This document shows positions 49,206 through 59,753 of a DNA stretch of 64,000 nt, one piece after another. The notes under the pieces were generated by a model. That model had not been told where the DNA came from, searched no databases, and worked only from the letters and a program-made list of their open reading frames with translations. The DNA lies in NCBI GenBank assembly GCA_018651725.1, contig JABIDK010000002.1, positions 36,904 to 100,903 on the forward strand. The letters run 5' to 3'. The position numbers and the translations under genes are program-made. Source of the stretch: Candidatus Falkowbacteria bacterium. Lineage in GTDB: Bacteria > Patescibacteriota > Patescibacteriia > JAACEG01. How positions within the stretch are numbered: the stretch's first letter is position 1; every line of letters begins with the position of its first letter.

Positions 49206-49742
49206 TTACTTAGTTAAAACCGCTTTTATCTCACTAATCTTAATTTGTTTATCGGACTTATCAAGTCCGGGGGAAGAAATTATAAAATTTAGCTTTCTTT
49301 CTTGAATCAAAGTATTTCTTAAATCAAATTTAAGTTTAGTAACACACCAATTATTTTCTTTTTCACTACACTCTAGATCTTCCATTGCGTAAATCCAATC
49401 TCCTCCTTTTAACTGTGGGCCGACTTTAACTTTTTGTTCCTCCGGAGCATTATAAACAAAAGTAAGTTCAACAGCCTTAAAAGTAGTCGACATATGCAGG
49501 TCAAAATAAACCGGATCAATAATTATTGACTGAAAATAATCTCCTGAATTATCTTGCTCAACCTTCAAGGCTCTTCCGGCTGGCTTTAAAATAGAGATGA
49601 CCGGATTATTTTTATCAAAGCCATAGCTTGTTTCCAGCTTACCTGAAAAAGCAAAATTTTTGTAAACCAAAAAAACTAAAGTTAAAATTGGCAAACTTAT
49701 CAAAATTACTCTAATTATTTTGTGGAGTTTATTTAGATTCAT
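49206..49742 (-). CDS. Hypothetical membrane-anchored protein
   Basis: 178 aa; N-terminal TM then soluble domain; no motif recognised. Confidence 0.4.
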   Translation of the reverse strand: MNLNKLHKIIRVILISLPILTLVFLVYKNFAFSGKLETSYGFDKNNPVISILKPAGRALKVEQDNSGDYFQSIIIDPVYFDLHMSTTFKAVELTFVYNAPEEQKVKVGPQLKGGDWIYAMEDLECSEKENNWCVTKLKFDLRNTLIQERKLNFIISSPGLDKSDKQIKISEIKAVLTK

Positions 49743-51343
49743 TTTTTTATAACTTTATATAGCCCGCTACCAACACTCTCCAACTTCAATCCATACTCTT
49801 TAATCTTTCGGTCTTTTATATATTCAATATCTTTTGGGCCTATTAATTTATTATAATAATACACTGGCGTGCTGTCTATAATTTTAGCAATGTTATCAAA
49901 AATTTCATAGTTTTGATATTTAAAATTTATTACCTTTCGCTCCGGAAACAATATTTTATCTTCGTATTTACTAATGATAACAGAATTAACTTCTGTCTTT
50001 TGTAAAATCTCTTTTGAAAATTCTTTATACTGTAAAATATTTTTCTTAACATTTAAAATACTCTCTTCTCCACAAAACATAACAATATTAATGGAAAATA
50101 ATATATAAATAGTTGATAAAAATAAAGCTATTATCTTACCAACTTTAGTAGAAAATATTTTCTTAAAAAACAAAACCATTAAAGGCAAAGCAAAAATATA
50201 AATACTTAACCAATAACGAACATAAGAATTTCCAATTGTTATTTCGCTATAGCTGATATTATCTTGGATACTATAACTTCCATAAAAAATAATTAGCCAT
50301 AAAGAAGTTAAAGTATAGATAGAAAAATATGCCTTTTGCCTTCTTGCTAATTGATTATTAAATTTCTTTTTAAATAAAAAGAAAAATCCTACTAACGCTG
50401 GAACAGTAAAAAACCAAAATAATTTAAAAACATAATTGAAAAAATTGCTCAAACTTAATCTAGGATGAAAACCAAAAATAGAGGTAACATACTCTATTAA
50501 AGAAAAATCATTACCTGCTTCTATACTAGCAATTTCAGTTCCAGCCGTATAGCCGGTAGAAAAATAACTACCATAGAGAACGTTGTTGTAATAAAAAGTT
50601 GGAGCAAGCGCTAAAAAACAACCAAGGATAAAAAAAATAAAATACTTAATTTTGATTTCTTTTTTGTAATATAAAAACAAAATAAAATAACCACTCAAAA
50701 CCCATAAAAATTCTGAAATCCGAAATGATAGAGCCAAGCCAAGAAATATTCCACTTCCAAGAAATTTTAAAAAATAATTCTTACACCTATTACTCAATAA
50801 ATACAAACTGATTATTAAAAAAACCAAAAAACCAACGTTGTGATACATTGATTTTGCGCTAAAATACCAAAGAGGCGGCAAGAAAAATAAAAGCAAACTA
50901 GAAAAATAAGCAATAGGTTCATCGAAAATTTTCTTTATCAAACCATAGAAAAATAACACGCCGATAGCGGCCAACAGCGGGGTTAAAAATAAAATAATCC
51001 AAACTCCAAAAATCTTTGCCAAAAAACCATAGAGCAAAATCATTCCTAAAAAACTTGTTGGGACTACTTTCCCATTAATTGATTCCATCGCCCGCGGATG
51101 GATAACGTCTCCGGCCAACAAATTTTGTGGCTCAAAAAAAGAAATCTGTCCTGTTTCAGCAAATCTCTTAGCAAAAAAATAATTAGCAACTTCATCGGGC
51201 GAATTAAGCTTTACAGGTTTGTCAAAGGCAGAAAAAGCCAAAAACGAATAGACAAAAAAGAAAATTCCTGCCAAAATATAAAGAGAGACTAATTTTTTAT
51301 TATTTTTGATTGTTTGTAACATGCTTTCATTGTAAACAATCAA
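49739..51343 (-). CDS. Polytopic membrane protein, GT-C-like (DE motif in first outer loop), putative lipid-linked sugar transferase
   Basis: 534 aa, more than 10 TM; NSPDEVANYFFAKRFAETG in loop 1; C-terminal soluble domain. Confidence 0.4.
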   Translation of the reverse strand: MIVYNESMLQTIKNNKKLVSLYILAGIFFFVYSFLAFSAFDKPVKLNSPDEVANYFFAKRFAETGQISFFEPQNLLAGDVIHPRAMESINGKVVPTSFLGMILLYGFLAKIFGVWIILFLTPLLAAIGVLFFYGLIKKIFDEPIAYFSSLLLFFLPPLWYFSAKSMYHNVGFLVFLIISLYLLSNRCKNYFLKFLGSGIFLGLALSFRISEFLWVLSGYFILFLYYKKEIKIKYFIFFILGCFLALAPTFYYNNVLYGSYFSTGYTAGTEIASIEAGNDFSLIEYVTSIFGFHPRLSLSNFFNYVFKLFWFFTVPALVGFFFLFKKKFNNQLARRQKAYFSIYTLTSLWLIIFYGSYSIQDNISYSEITIGNSYVRYWLSIYIFALPLMVLFFKKIFSTKVGKIIALFLSTIYILFSINIVMFCGEESILNVKKNILQYKEFSKEILQKTEVNSVIISKYEDKILFPERKVINFKYQNYEIFDNIAKIIDSTPVYYYNKLIGPKDIEYIKDRKIKEYGLKLESVGSGLYKVIKK

Positions 51344-51363
51344 ATCGTTTTAGGCAATAAAAT

Positions 51364-53427
51364 ATGCTGATATTCTTTATTACAGTCATTTTAATAATAA
51401 ATATTTATTTTTTTCAAAGCTTATTTTTGGGTTTGATGTTTGGCTTTGGTTATTTTTTTATACTATCTAAAAAATTTAACCCAAAATCGAATTTAATCTA
51501 CTCGACCTTACTCGTTTTGTCGATACTCTCCTTTTTAGGAGCAATTGTCTATTTTTTTTACGAATTGAACAACGCTGTTATCGCAATAATTTTAATTACA
51601 ACACCAATCATAATCTCAAAAATTCCAACCCGCCAACTAACGGACCAATTCACAATTCACAACAAATTCTCAATACTCAATAATAAATTTAAAAAACTGT
51701 TAATTTTAATTTATCTAACCTTAACTTTTATATCCTTCAAACTTCTTTTAATTTCTCAAACTACTGATGCTATCCGATCGCCTTGGGGGGTTATTCCAAG
51801 TGAATTTTTTATTTTTTATTTTTTAGCTACAGTTATTTTAATTTTCATAATACTATCTGCCAAAACTAAAAAACCATTATTTCTAATTTCTCTTCATTTT
51901 TTACTTTCCTCCTCAGTTGCTCTTATTATTTATAAACTTGGTTATGGTTTTGATCAATTTATTCATCTGGCAACAGAAAAAGTTATTTACGAAACCGGAG
52001 CGATTTATCCTAAACCTTTTTATTACCTTGGACAATATTCATTGGTTATAATTTTGGCAAAAATGTTTTCCATTTCTCACGAATGGATAGACAAACTGTT
52101 AACAATAATTTTATTTTCCTTTTTTCTACCAACAATAATCTATACTTCTTTTAAAAAAATAGATTTTCAAAGAAATCTATCCTTACTTGCATCTTTATCT
52201 TTTTTAATTTTTCCTCTTAGCTCATTTATAGTAACCACCCCCCAAAATCTGGCAAATTTATTTATACTGTTCACAATTTTTGCCTCCCTACCATATCTAT
52301 TCCAAAAAGAAAAATCATTAATCCCAACCACAATTCTAACTCTAGCCACACTTGCAATTCACCCTCTAGCGGGAATACCGTTATTAATATTTCTTGCTCT
52401 AATTATTTTAACAAACTATCGACACACACAAACTTGTAAAAATAGTGCACCCGCATCATTTTTACAAGTTTTAGTTTCTGTTTTAGTGTTTTGCTTTAGT
52501 TCGATAATTTTACCTTTAATCTTTTTAATTAATTCTTCTCTTTCCGGATTACAAATTAATTTAATTATTCTGCCTAAAGAAAAATTTTTCAGCTTTCTGT
52601 ACAATTTAAAACCCTACTTTATTAATAACTTTAACTTAGCGTTTGACTTTGCTTATTTTTATAAATTTAATTTTTATATTCTAACATTTTTATTAAGTAC
52701 AGTTATATTTTTGCTTATTTATAAAAAAACAAAGTTCTTCGTCCCCTATTTTTTATCTTTTATAGTTATTTTTTTAAACTTTTTAATTTTAAAATTATTG
52801 TTTTCTTTTGATTTCTTGATTGACTACGAACAAGGTGCCTACGCTCAAAGAATCTTTGAAATTTCTTTTTATTTTCTTTACCCGATTATTTTATATGGGA
52901 TAATAATATTCTTTACTAAATTACAAAAACAAAAAATATATATTAAAATATTTTTCATCTTCCTTCTTGCTTTTATTGTTGCCTCTTCTTTTTACATAAG
53001 CTACCCAAGGGATGATGACTATGAAGCCAGCCACTCTTTTAATACAACTTTGTCTGATATTAAAACCGTTCAATGGATAGAGCAGGATGCTGAAGAAAAT
53101 GATTTTATAGTTCTTGCCAATCAACAAGTTTCAGTCGCAGGAATTCAAGAGTATGGTTTTAAGAAATATTATGAAGATCAATTTTACTATCCCATTCCAA
53201 CAAGCTCTCCTCTTTACAAGTACTACTTAAAGATGGTGGACGACGAACCAAAAAAAGAATATATCTTAGAAGCAATGCAAAGCGTCGGAGTAAAGCAAGG
53301 CTATTTTGTTTTAAATGAATATTGGTGGCGATACAGAGATCTTGTTGAAATTGCCAAAAAAAATTCCGCCTCCTATAAAGTTATAGACAACGGAAAAAAT
53401 ATTATTTTCAAATATACGATAAACTAG
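51364..53427 (+). CDS. Large polytopic membrane protein with C-terminal soluble domain (candidate glycan polymerase/transferase)
   Basis: 687 aa, about 14 TM; divergently transcribed from the preceding GT-C-like gene. Confidence 0.45.
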   Translation: MLIFFITVILIINIYFFQSLFLGLMFGFGYFFILSKKFNPKSNLIYSTLLVLSILSFLGAIVYFFYELNNAVIAIILITTPIIISKIPTRQLTDQFTIHNKFSILNNKFKKLLILIYLTLTFISFKLLLISQTTDAIRSPWGVIPSEFFIFYFLATVILIFIILSAKTKKPLFLISLHFLLSSSVALIIYKLGYGFDQFIHLATEKVIYETGAIYPKPFYYLGQYSLVIILAKMFSISHEWIDKLLTIILFSFFLPTIIYTSFKKIDFQRNLSLLASLSFLIFPLSSFIVTTPQNLANLFILFTIFASLPYLFQKEKSLIPTTILTLATLAIHPLAGIPLLIFLALIILTNYRHTQTCKNSAPASFLQVLVSVLVFCFSSIILPLIFLINSSLSGLQINLIILPKEKFFSFLYNLKPYFINNFNLAFDFAYFYKFNFYILTFLLSTVIFLLIYKKTKFFVPYFLSFIVIFLNFLILKLLFSFDFLIDYEQGAYAQRIFEISFYFLYPIILYGIIIFFTKLQKQKIYIKIFFIFLLAFIVASSFYISYPRDDDYEASHSFNTTLSDIKTVQWIEQDAEENDFIVLANQQVSVAGIQEYGFKKYYEDQFYYPIPTSSPLYKYYLKMVDDEPKKEYILEAMQSVGVKQGYFVLNEYWWRYRDLVEIAKKNSASYKVIDNGKNIIFKYTIN

Positions 53428-53441
53428 GGCTTGCTAATTTT

Positions 53442-54611
53442 TTACAAGTTCAAAATTTTATTAATATAATTTTCTAAATTAAATTTTTCAATACTTTCTG
53501 CGCTAAACAAGCGCATTTTTTTTATTTTATCTTTATTATTTAAACAAAAATTTATTTTATCTAATAAATCATCTGCACTTCCTGCTTTAAAAATATATCC
53601 ATTTACATCTTCTTTAATAAGTTCGGCTGTGCCACCAAGATTGGATGCTAAAACCGGGGTACCATAGGCCAGACTCTCATATATAACTGTCGGGGAATTT
53701 TCATAGCACAACGATGGCATAATTGTTATGCCTGATTTTTTATACAAGTTAATAACCTCTTTATTTGGCAATCTACCTAAAAATTTTATTCTATGGTTTT
53801 GATTGGCTATTTTTTTTGCTTCTTTTAACTTACTTCCATCACCTATTATTAATAATTCAGCGTTGCTATTTTTAATTTTGTTGAAAGTATTTATTAAAAA
53901 TAAAACACCCTTATGTTTTTCAATCTGACCAACATATAAAAATTGATGCTTGTCAGCTAATGACTGATAACTGGTTTTAATATCAACTACCGAATTTGGG
54001 ATTATTTCTTTCTTTTGATTTTTAAAGAATCCTTTTTCTTTATAAAAATCCATTAGCCATTTTGATGGGGAAATTATCGCTTGCGGATAAGAAAATAATT
54101 TTTTATTTATACTTGTATATAATTTAGTTAAAATACATTTGCTTTGCCAACTATTCTCCTCTCCCTTAATTAAAAGCCCGCTTGGTATTGCTAACTGGAC
54201 ATCATGAATTGTGTGGAAATATTTTATACCTGATTTTTTAACAGCCATTGGAATTAAATAACCAATTCCTTTTAAATTATGAGTGATTACCAAGTCAGGT
54301 TTCTCTTTTTTTAAGATTTGTTTAATTTTAAAATAACTATGTAAATTAAACATATCAAAAAAATGCCAAACTAACCGCACGACTGGATTATGTTTATGGA
54401 TATTCCCAATCCAAAATAAATTCCAAGGGAAAAATCTGTGAATTTTTATTTTTTCTATTGCCTTTTTTTCCTCTCCTCTAAATGGCTTAGTGGTAATTAT
54501 AACAACCTCGTGATCATCATCAATAAAACCTTTGGCAATATTTTTTACTACCTGCTCTGCCCCACCGCGTGAATATGGATCGTATAAATTATTTATTAAG
54601 CAAACTTTCAT
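53442..54611 (-). CDS. Glycosyltransferase family 4 (GT-B)
   Basis: YSRGGAEQVV; C-terminal E-x7-E region (ENSPTVIYESLAYGTPVLAS). Confidence 0.85.
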   Translation of the reverse strand: MKVCLINNLYDPYSRGGAEQVVKNIAKGFIDDDHEVVIITTKPFRGEEKKAIEKIKIHRFFPWNLFWIGNIHKHNPVVRLVWHFFDMFNLHSYFKIKQILKKEKPDLVITHNLKGIGYLIPMAVKKSGIKYFHTIHDVQLAIPSGLLIKGEENSWQSKCILTKLYTSINKKLFSYPQAIISPSKWLMDFYKEKGFFKNQKKEIIPNSVVDIKTSYQSLADKHQFLYVGQIEKHKGVLFLINTFNKIKNSNAELLIIGDGSKLKEAKKIANQNHRIKFLGRLPNKEVINLYKKSGITIMPSLCYENSPTVIYESLAYGTPVLASNLGGTAELIKEDVNGYIFKAGSADDLLDKINFCLNNKDKIKKMRLFSAESIEKFNLENYINKILNL

Positions 54612-55777
54612 AGCTTTTCAAATATTTTAATAAATTTATTGTTTATATCTTTTTCGTTATATTTTTTTTCTGCTTTTTTTCTTCCTTCTTCTCCCATTTT
54701 ATCTTTTAATTCATCGTTGGATAAAATTTGCTCTATTTTCTCTTTCAAATCTTCAGTATTACTCGGCTCAACCAAAAACCCGTTAACACTATTATCAATA
54801 ACGCTTCGTACGCCTGGCAAATTAGAGGCAATAGCCGGCACCCCGCTCGCAAAAGCTTCGAGCAAAACTATGCCAAAGGCCTCTCCCATATTTATCGACG
54901 GCAAAACAAATAAGTTCGCTAAATTTAAAAACTTTTTTTTCTCATTATCGTTAATTCGACCCGTAAAAATAACTTTATCTCGCAAACCAAAGTTAAAAGC
55001 AATTTGTTCGTATTCAAATTTTAAATCTCCGGAACCAATAATAACCAAACGCGCATCAGGAAAACTTTTTAAAACTTTATAAAATGCCTTTATTAAATTA
55101 TTCACTCCCTTAAAATAATGAGCCTTATCAAGTCCTCCAATAAATAAAATTATTTTTTCTTGCTTACTGATATTATATTTTTTCATTAAACTTTTACTTT
55201 TTTCTCTTAGCTTAAAAAAATCCAAATCAACACCAAACGGCATTTCTACAAATTTATCTTTATATTTTTGAAGGACACTTTTTATTTTGGAATTTTCAAT
55301 ATAATCAAAAGAAGAGACAATTATTCTATCAGCTGAATTTAAAATTCGTGGCATTAAATATCTATTGTAAAAATTAAAAAAATTTCCTTTTAAGCCATCT
55401 CCTAGAGCGTCCTGATGATAAGTCACTATTATTTTGCTTTTTAAAACACCGATTTTTTTCATAAACCAGACAATCTCCGCTGTTCCATAAAACGGCAGAT
55501 GCAGATGAACAATATCAAAGTTTTTCAACTGCCAAAAAAGTTGTGGTAATATTGCAGCATTGCCATATTTAAAAATTGATGTCAACCGCTTCACCTTAAA
55601 AGAAAATTTATCATTTTTTTCTCCGCCAGGGGCGGATCCGCCTCTGGTGGAAAGCCAAGGAGTAAAAACGACCACTTCGTGGCCGGTTTTAGAAAGAATT
55701 TTTGAATTATCAAGCGCCACTTGTCCGGTTCCACCTTTATACGGAGGAAAAGTACAAACAACTTCTGCGATACGCAT
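54608..55777 (-). CDS. Glycosyltransferase family 4 (GT-B)
   Basis: YKGGTGQVALD; GEAFGIVLLEAFASGVPAIAS. Confidence 0.85.
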   Translation of the reverse strand: MRIAEVVCTFPPYKGGTGQVALDNSKILSKTGHEVVVFTPWLSTRGGSAPGGEKNDKFSFKVKRLTSIFKYGNAAILPQLFWQLKNFDIVHLHLPFYGTAEIVWFMKKIGVLKSKIIVTYHQDALGDGLKGNFFNFYNRYLMPRILNSADRIIVSSFDYIENSKIKSVLQKYKDKFVEMPFGVDLDFFKLREKSKSLMKKYNISKQEKIILFIGGLDKAHYFKGVNNLIKAFYKVLKSFPDARLVIIGSGDLKFEYEQIAFNFGLRDKVIFTGRINDNEKKKFLNLANLFVLPSINMGEAFGIVLLEAFASGVPAIASNLPGVRSVIDNSVNGFLVEPSNTEDLKEKIEQILSNDELKDKMGEEGRKKAEKKYNEKDINNKFIKIFEKL

Positions 55778-55780
55778 AAA

Positions 55781-56098
55781 TTATTTTTTTAATGCTATTT
55801 CTCTTGTTATTTTTGTGATTTCTTTTTCTTGTTTTTCAACTTTTACTATTAATTTAAATATTAAATAAAATAAAAAAAGAACAGAGACATAAACTGCTAA
55901 ATCTGCTCCCTTCTCTACTCCAAAAAAATTAGCTATCCTATCTGTTTCTTTAAACCAGATTGTTGCTCCAATAACCAAAAACCAAAAAAACAACCAAGAA
56001 TAAAATTCAGTGTTACGAACCTCTTTAGATCTCAACTTCTTGAACAAGCGAGAAATTGCAAAAAGAGAAAATAAAATTATAAGAAACTGAATAAGCAT
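55781..56098 (-). CDS. Small 3-TM membrane protein, DUF2304-like partner of the DPM1-like GT2
   Basis: 105 aa; three hydrophobic helices; immediately downstream of and overlapping the GT2. Confidence 0.35.
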   Translation of the reverse strand: MLIQFLIILFSLFAISRLFKKLRSKEVRNTEFYSWLFFWFLVIGATIWFKETDRIANFFGVEKGADLAVYVSVLFLFYLIFKLIVKVEKQEKEITKITREIALKK

Positions 56099-56769
56099 TA
56101 TAATATCTTTTTAATTATTAAATCCTTAAGAATTTTAAAGCCATCAAAAAATCCTTGGCCATATTCGTTATAAATTATTTGCACCGGAACTTCTTTGTAT
56201 TTTAATTTATTTTTATTTATCTCTGAAATAATTTCTGTATTGTGTGCCATTCTATCTTGGGTAATTTTTATTTTCTTAGCAGCCACGCGCGACATTGCTC
56301 GAAACCCATTATGAACATCCGTTAATCTTAGGCCTGTAAAAAACCAATTTAAAATTATAGCTGGCTTTAAAATAAAAAATTTCTTTGTAAAAGGAATATT
56401 ACTATTCTTGTCTAAAAATCTTGACCCTAAAACTACTTCAACCTCCTTGTCTAAAATAGGTTGAATAATTTTTTTAATATCTTCCACACGGTGCTGTCCA
56501 TCGCCATCAAAATGAACTACAATATCAGCTCCATTTCTAACCGCATATTCATTACCGGTTTGCAGCGTTGCCCCCTGCCCACGATTAATAACATGACGCA
56601 AAACTTTTACCCCAGTCTCTTTTACTTGTTTAAAGGTGTTATCAATCGATCCATCATCAACCACGACTATATTTGCTTCTGGTGTTTCTCCTTTAACTTT
56701 AATAATAGTTTCCCTTATACTCTTCCCCTCATTAAAAGTAGGTATAACAATAAATAAATTCATAAACAT
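56098..56769 (-). CDS. GT2 polyprenyl-phosphate sugar synthase (DPM1/GtrB-like)
   Basis: LFIVIPTFNEGKSIRETI...IVVVDDGSIDNT; 223-aa compact GT2. Confidence 0.8.
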   Translation of the reverse strand: MFMNLFIVIPTFNEGKSIRETIIKVKGETPEANIVVVDDGSIDNTFKQVKETGVKVLRHVINRGQGATLQTGNEYAVRNGADIVVHFDGDGQHRVEDIKKIIQPILDKEVEVVLGSRFLDKNSNIPFTKKFFILKPAIILNWFFTGLRLTDVHNGFRAMSRVAAKKIKITQDRMAHNTEIISEINKNKLKYKEVPVQIIYNEYGQGFFDGFKILKDLIIKKIL

Positions 56770-56821
56770 CGTCTAGTCCAAAACTAGTAAGGCTAGTGAA
56801 GTTAAAAACTAATGAAGCTAG

Positions 56822-57850
56822 CTAAGTTCTTACTCCTCCATCGCTAAATCCAAGCAACGACCGACTGGCCTTTAAATATCCTAAAGTTTTCTCAAGTCCG
56901 TTATCAAGTAACACAACCGGCTCCCAGCTTAAGACTTCTTTGGCCAAACTAATATCAGGAATATGAGAAACTTGTTCTTCTCTTTGCTTTTGTTTAAAAA
57001 CAATTTGCGAATTTGAGTCAGTTTTGGAAATAACTTTTTTAGCTACTTCCATAACAGGCAAAATTTCCGGGTTTCCCAAATTAATCGGACCTTGCTCACC
57101 ACTGGCCATCATCTTTAAAGTTCCTTCAATTAAATCGTCTATGTAGCAAAATGAGTTTCTAGCGTTTTGATCTCCTTCGATAACAAGCTCACGATTATCC
57201 ATTGCTCTACTAACAAAATCCGAAATAAGCCGACCATCATCAAGCTTCATTCTTGGCCCATAAGTTGTAAAAGCTCTTAAAATTTTAGTATCCAGCCCAT
57301 GTTTTTTCCTAAAACTATCAACTAAACTCTCAGCAAATCTTTTTCCCTCAATATAACAGTAGTTAGGTCCCAGCTGATTGGAGGCACCGACATAATCTTC
57401 TTTTAACTTTTCGCCCATAATAGCCTTTCCGTAAACAACACTACTTGATAAAAACAAAAATTTGGATTTATAGTTTACTGCCATCTCAAGAGCATTGTTA
57501 AGACCAATAGAACTTGATAATAATACTTCCAAACCAAGTTCGTCAAATCGATTTGGAGAAGCAGGGCAAGCTAAATAATAAATTTCTTGAACCCCTTGCC
57601 AACGAACTTTAAACTTTTCCAGTCCCGGAAAATCTTCCAACACAATCGGCTTGTTCATGTCATGCTTAACAAATTCAAAATTAGGATTTCTAAGTAAGAA
57701 ATCAATATTTTTTTCTGTTCCAGTCAAAAAGTTATCAATACAAATAACTTTATTTTCTTTTACTAAACGTTCGCAAAGATGTGAGCCAATAAAGCCGGCT
57801 CCGCCGATCACCAAAATATTATTGTGATCAAAAACTTGTTTTACAGACAT
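56822..57850 (-). CDS. NAD-dependent epimerase/dehydratase, UDP-glucuronate decarboxylase (UXS)-like
   Basis: ILVIGGAGFIGSHLCERL...NPNFEFVKHD; YIEGKR (YxxxK). Confidence 0.75.
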   Translation of the reverse strand: MSVKQVFDHNNILVIGGAGFIGSHLCERLVKENKVICIDNFLTGTEKNIDFLLRNPNFEFVKHDMNKPIVLEDFPGLEKFKVRWQGVQEIYYLACPASPNRFDELGLEVLLSSSIGLNNALEMAVNYKSKFLFLSSSVVYGKAIMGEKLKEDYVGASNQLGPNYCYIEGKRFAESLVDSFRKKHGLDTKILRAFTTYGPRMKLDDGRLISDFVSRAMDNRELVIEGDQNARNSFCYIDDLIEGTLKMMASGEQGPINLGNPEILPVMEVAKKVISKTDSNSQIVFKQKQREEQVSHIPDISLAKEVLSWEPVVLLDNGLEKTLGYLKASRSLLGFSDGGVRT

Positions 57851-57923
57851 AAATAAATTGTTGATTTTTGATTGATGATTTCTAATTGAAAAAAATCTGC
57901 AATCTTAAATCTAAAATTTTAAA

Positions 57924-59663
57924 TTACTTCACTTCTATTATAGCAATATTTATTCCTTTTTGGAAGTTATTTTTTGATAGGATAAATTTGTTCATAATTT
58001 CTCCTAAACTATTAAAAATTTTTATTGTTTCTTTCCCTGTCTGAGGCGAGACAATAATTTCACTTTTTTTATTATTATTGATATCTGCAACAACAATATT
58101 AACTCCGCCTCTAAAATTTTTATCGTAAGCGAAAAAGTCTGATTTTAAATTTCCATTTTTATCAAAAATTCTAACATGTGGTCCGCCCCCTACTCCTGCA
58201 CCGGTAATAATTTCATCTATACCGTCGTTATCAATGTCTCCGGTAGTAACCTGAACTCCGCCTCTAAAATTTTTATCGTAAGCGAAAAAGTCTGATTTTA
58301 ATCTCCCTAAATCATCAAATATTTTTACATAAGATTTCTCTCCCGAACCAGCTCCAATTATTATTTCATTTTTATTACCACCAACAACATCTCCCGAGCT
58401 TAAATTAACTTTTTCTTTTAACTCTTTATTGCCAACATTGAAATCTTTTACAAAAAAATTATCGGTTAAATTAAAAATTTTTACTGCTGAACTATTACTT
58501 TCTGAGAAAGATGTAATTAAATATTTTTTACTTAACTCCGGTTCTTTGTGAACATTCTTAACATTCTTGGCAACAGCCCTAACAGCCCTAAATGCATCAA
58601 GTTCGCCGGATCCCATTTTATTAATAAATTTTGTCTCTAAGTTACTGAAATCATTAACATTTTGAGTCAAGGCATTTTTTATTTCATTGCTACTCAAATT
58701 TTGGTTAGCAGACTTTACAAGTGCTGCAGCTCCACTTACCAAGGCAGTAGCTACTGAAGTTCCCGACCACGAACCACCGTAGCCTTCTAAAAAATTTTTA
58801 TTGTTTGGCGAGTAAAATAAAGTACTATAAAAATTTTCACCAACTGTACTAATGTCTATACAATTACTGCCATAGTTTGAAGCATCAAGCTTTTCTCCAA
58901 ATTTATCCAATGCTCCAACTCCTATAATAAAATTATTTTCTTGTATTTCACAGACAGGATAAAGAGGATTTTCGTCCAAGTTAAACCCGTTAGATTCACT
59001 AACATCATTTCCCGAAGCTGCCACAATAACAATTCCATTTTTATAAGCTTTTTTCAAAACTCTTTCCAAAGCCCCACTCTTATAGGATCCAACTAAACTT
59101 AAATTAATTATATCCACCTTATTATTTACAGCGTAGTTAATACCATCGATAACAGACCTAATGTTTCCAACCCCATTATCATCCAAAACACGAATTGGCA
59201 TAATTTTTGCTTTATAAGCCAGGCCAATAATCCCCTGCTTACTTTCTCCGCTAGCTGCTGCAATACCCGCTAAGATGGTTCCATGATTAATTCCTATTTC
59301 ATTACATAATCCTTCCTCCAAGCAATCATCACGAAAAGAAGGATTGGGATTATTTCCTCCTGACACAAAATCCCAACCATGGATATCATCTATAAAACCA
59401 TTGGAGTCGTTGTCTATTCCGTCTCCGGGAACTTCGTCAATATTTGTCCAAATATTTTGTATTAAATCAGGATGGTTAATATCTATTCGAGAGTCTAAAA
59501 AAGCTATCACTACTCCGCTACCATCACTAAAATCCCAGGCTTTTTGGGCATTAACTTTTTTCAAATAATCCTGACGGTAAAATAAAGGATCATTTGGAAT
59601 AAGTACTGCCAAACTCGTTATTGGATAAAATAATAATATTAAAACAATAAGTTTTTTAAACAT
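57924..59663 (-). CDS. Secreted subtilisin-like (S8) serine protease with C-terminal FG-GAP-type repeats
   Basis: Signal peptide. D (FLDSRID), H (HGTILAG) and S (GTSVATALVSGAAAL) catalytic motifs. C-terminal repeated SDFFAYDKNFRGGV...GDIDNDG units. Confidence 0.8.
   Translation of the reverse strand: MFKKLIVLILLFYPITSLAVLIPNDPLFYRQDYLKKVNAQKAWDFSDGSGVVIAFLDSRIDINHPDLIQNIWTNIDEVPGDGIDNDSNGFIDDIHGWDFVSGGNNPNPSFRDDCLEEGLCNEIGINHGTILAGIAAASGESKQGIIGLAYKAKIMPIRVLDDNGVGNIRSVIDGINYAVNNKVDIINLSLVGSYKSGALERVLKKAYKNGIVIVAASGNDVSESNGFNLDENPLYPVCEIQENNFIIGVGALDKFGEKLDASNYGSNCIDISTVGENFYSTLFYSPNNKNFLEGYGGSWSGTSVATALVSGAAALVKSANQNLSSNEIKNALTQNVNDFSNLETKFINKMGSGELDAFRAVRAVAKNVKNVHKEPELSKKYLITSFSESNSSAVKIFNLTDNFFVKDFNVGNKELKEKVNLSSGDVVGGNKNEIIIGAGSGEKSYVKIFDDLGRLKSDFFAYDKNFRGGVQVTTGDIDNDGIDEIITGAGVGGGPHVRIFDKNGNLKSDFFAYDKNFRGGVNIVVADINNNKKSEIIVSPQTGKETIKIFNSLGEIMNKFILSKNNFQKGINIAIIEVK
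58111..58300. repeat. Two identical 48-bp segments about 142 bp apart inside the S8 protease gene
   Basis: aactccgcctctaaaatttttatcgtaagcgaaaaagtctgattttaa at about 58111-58158 and about 58253-58300, each encoding one FG-GAP-like unit. Confidence 0.6.
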
Positions 59664-59753
59664 AAACTTAAATTTTTGACTTTATAAATTTTTGGCTTTC
59701 GACTAATTTTAGTATATCACTCCTTGCAAAAAATTCAAGGAAGGTTTAAAATA

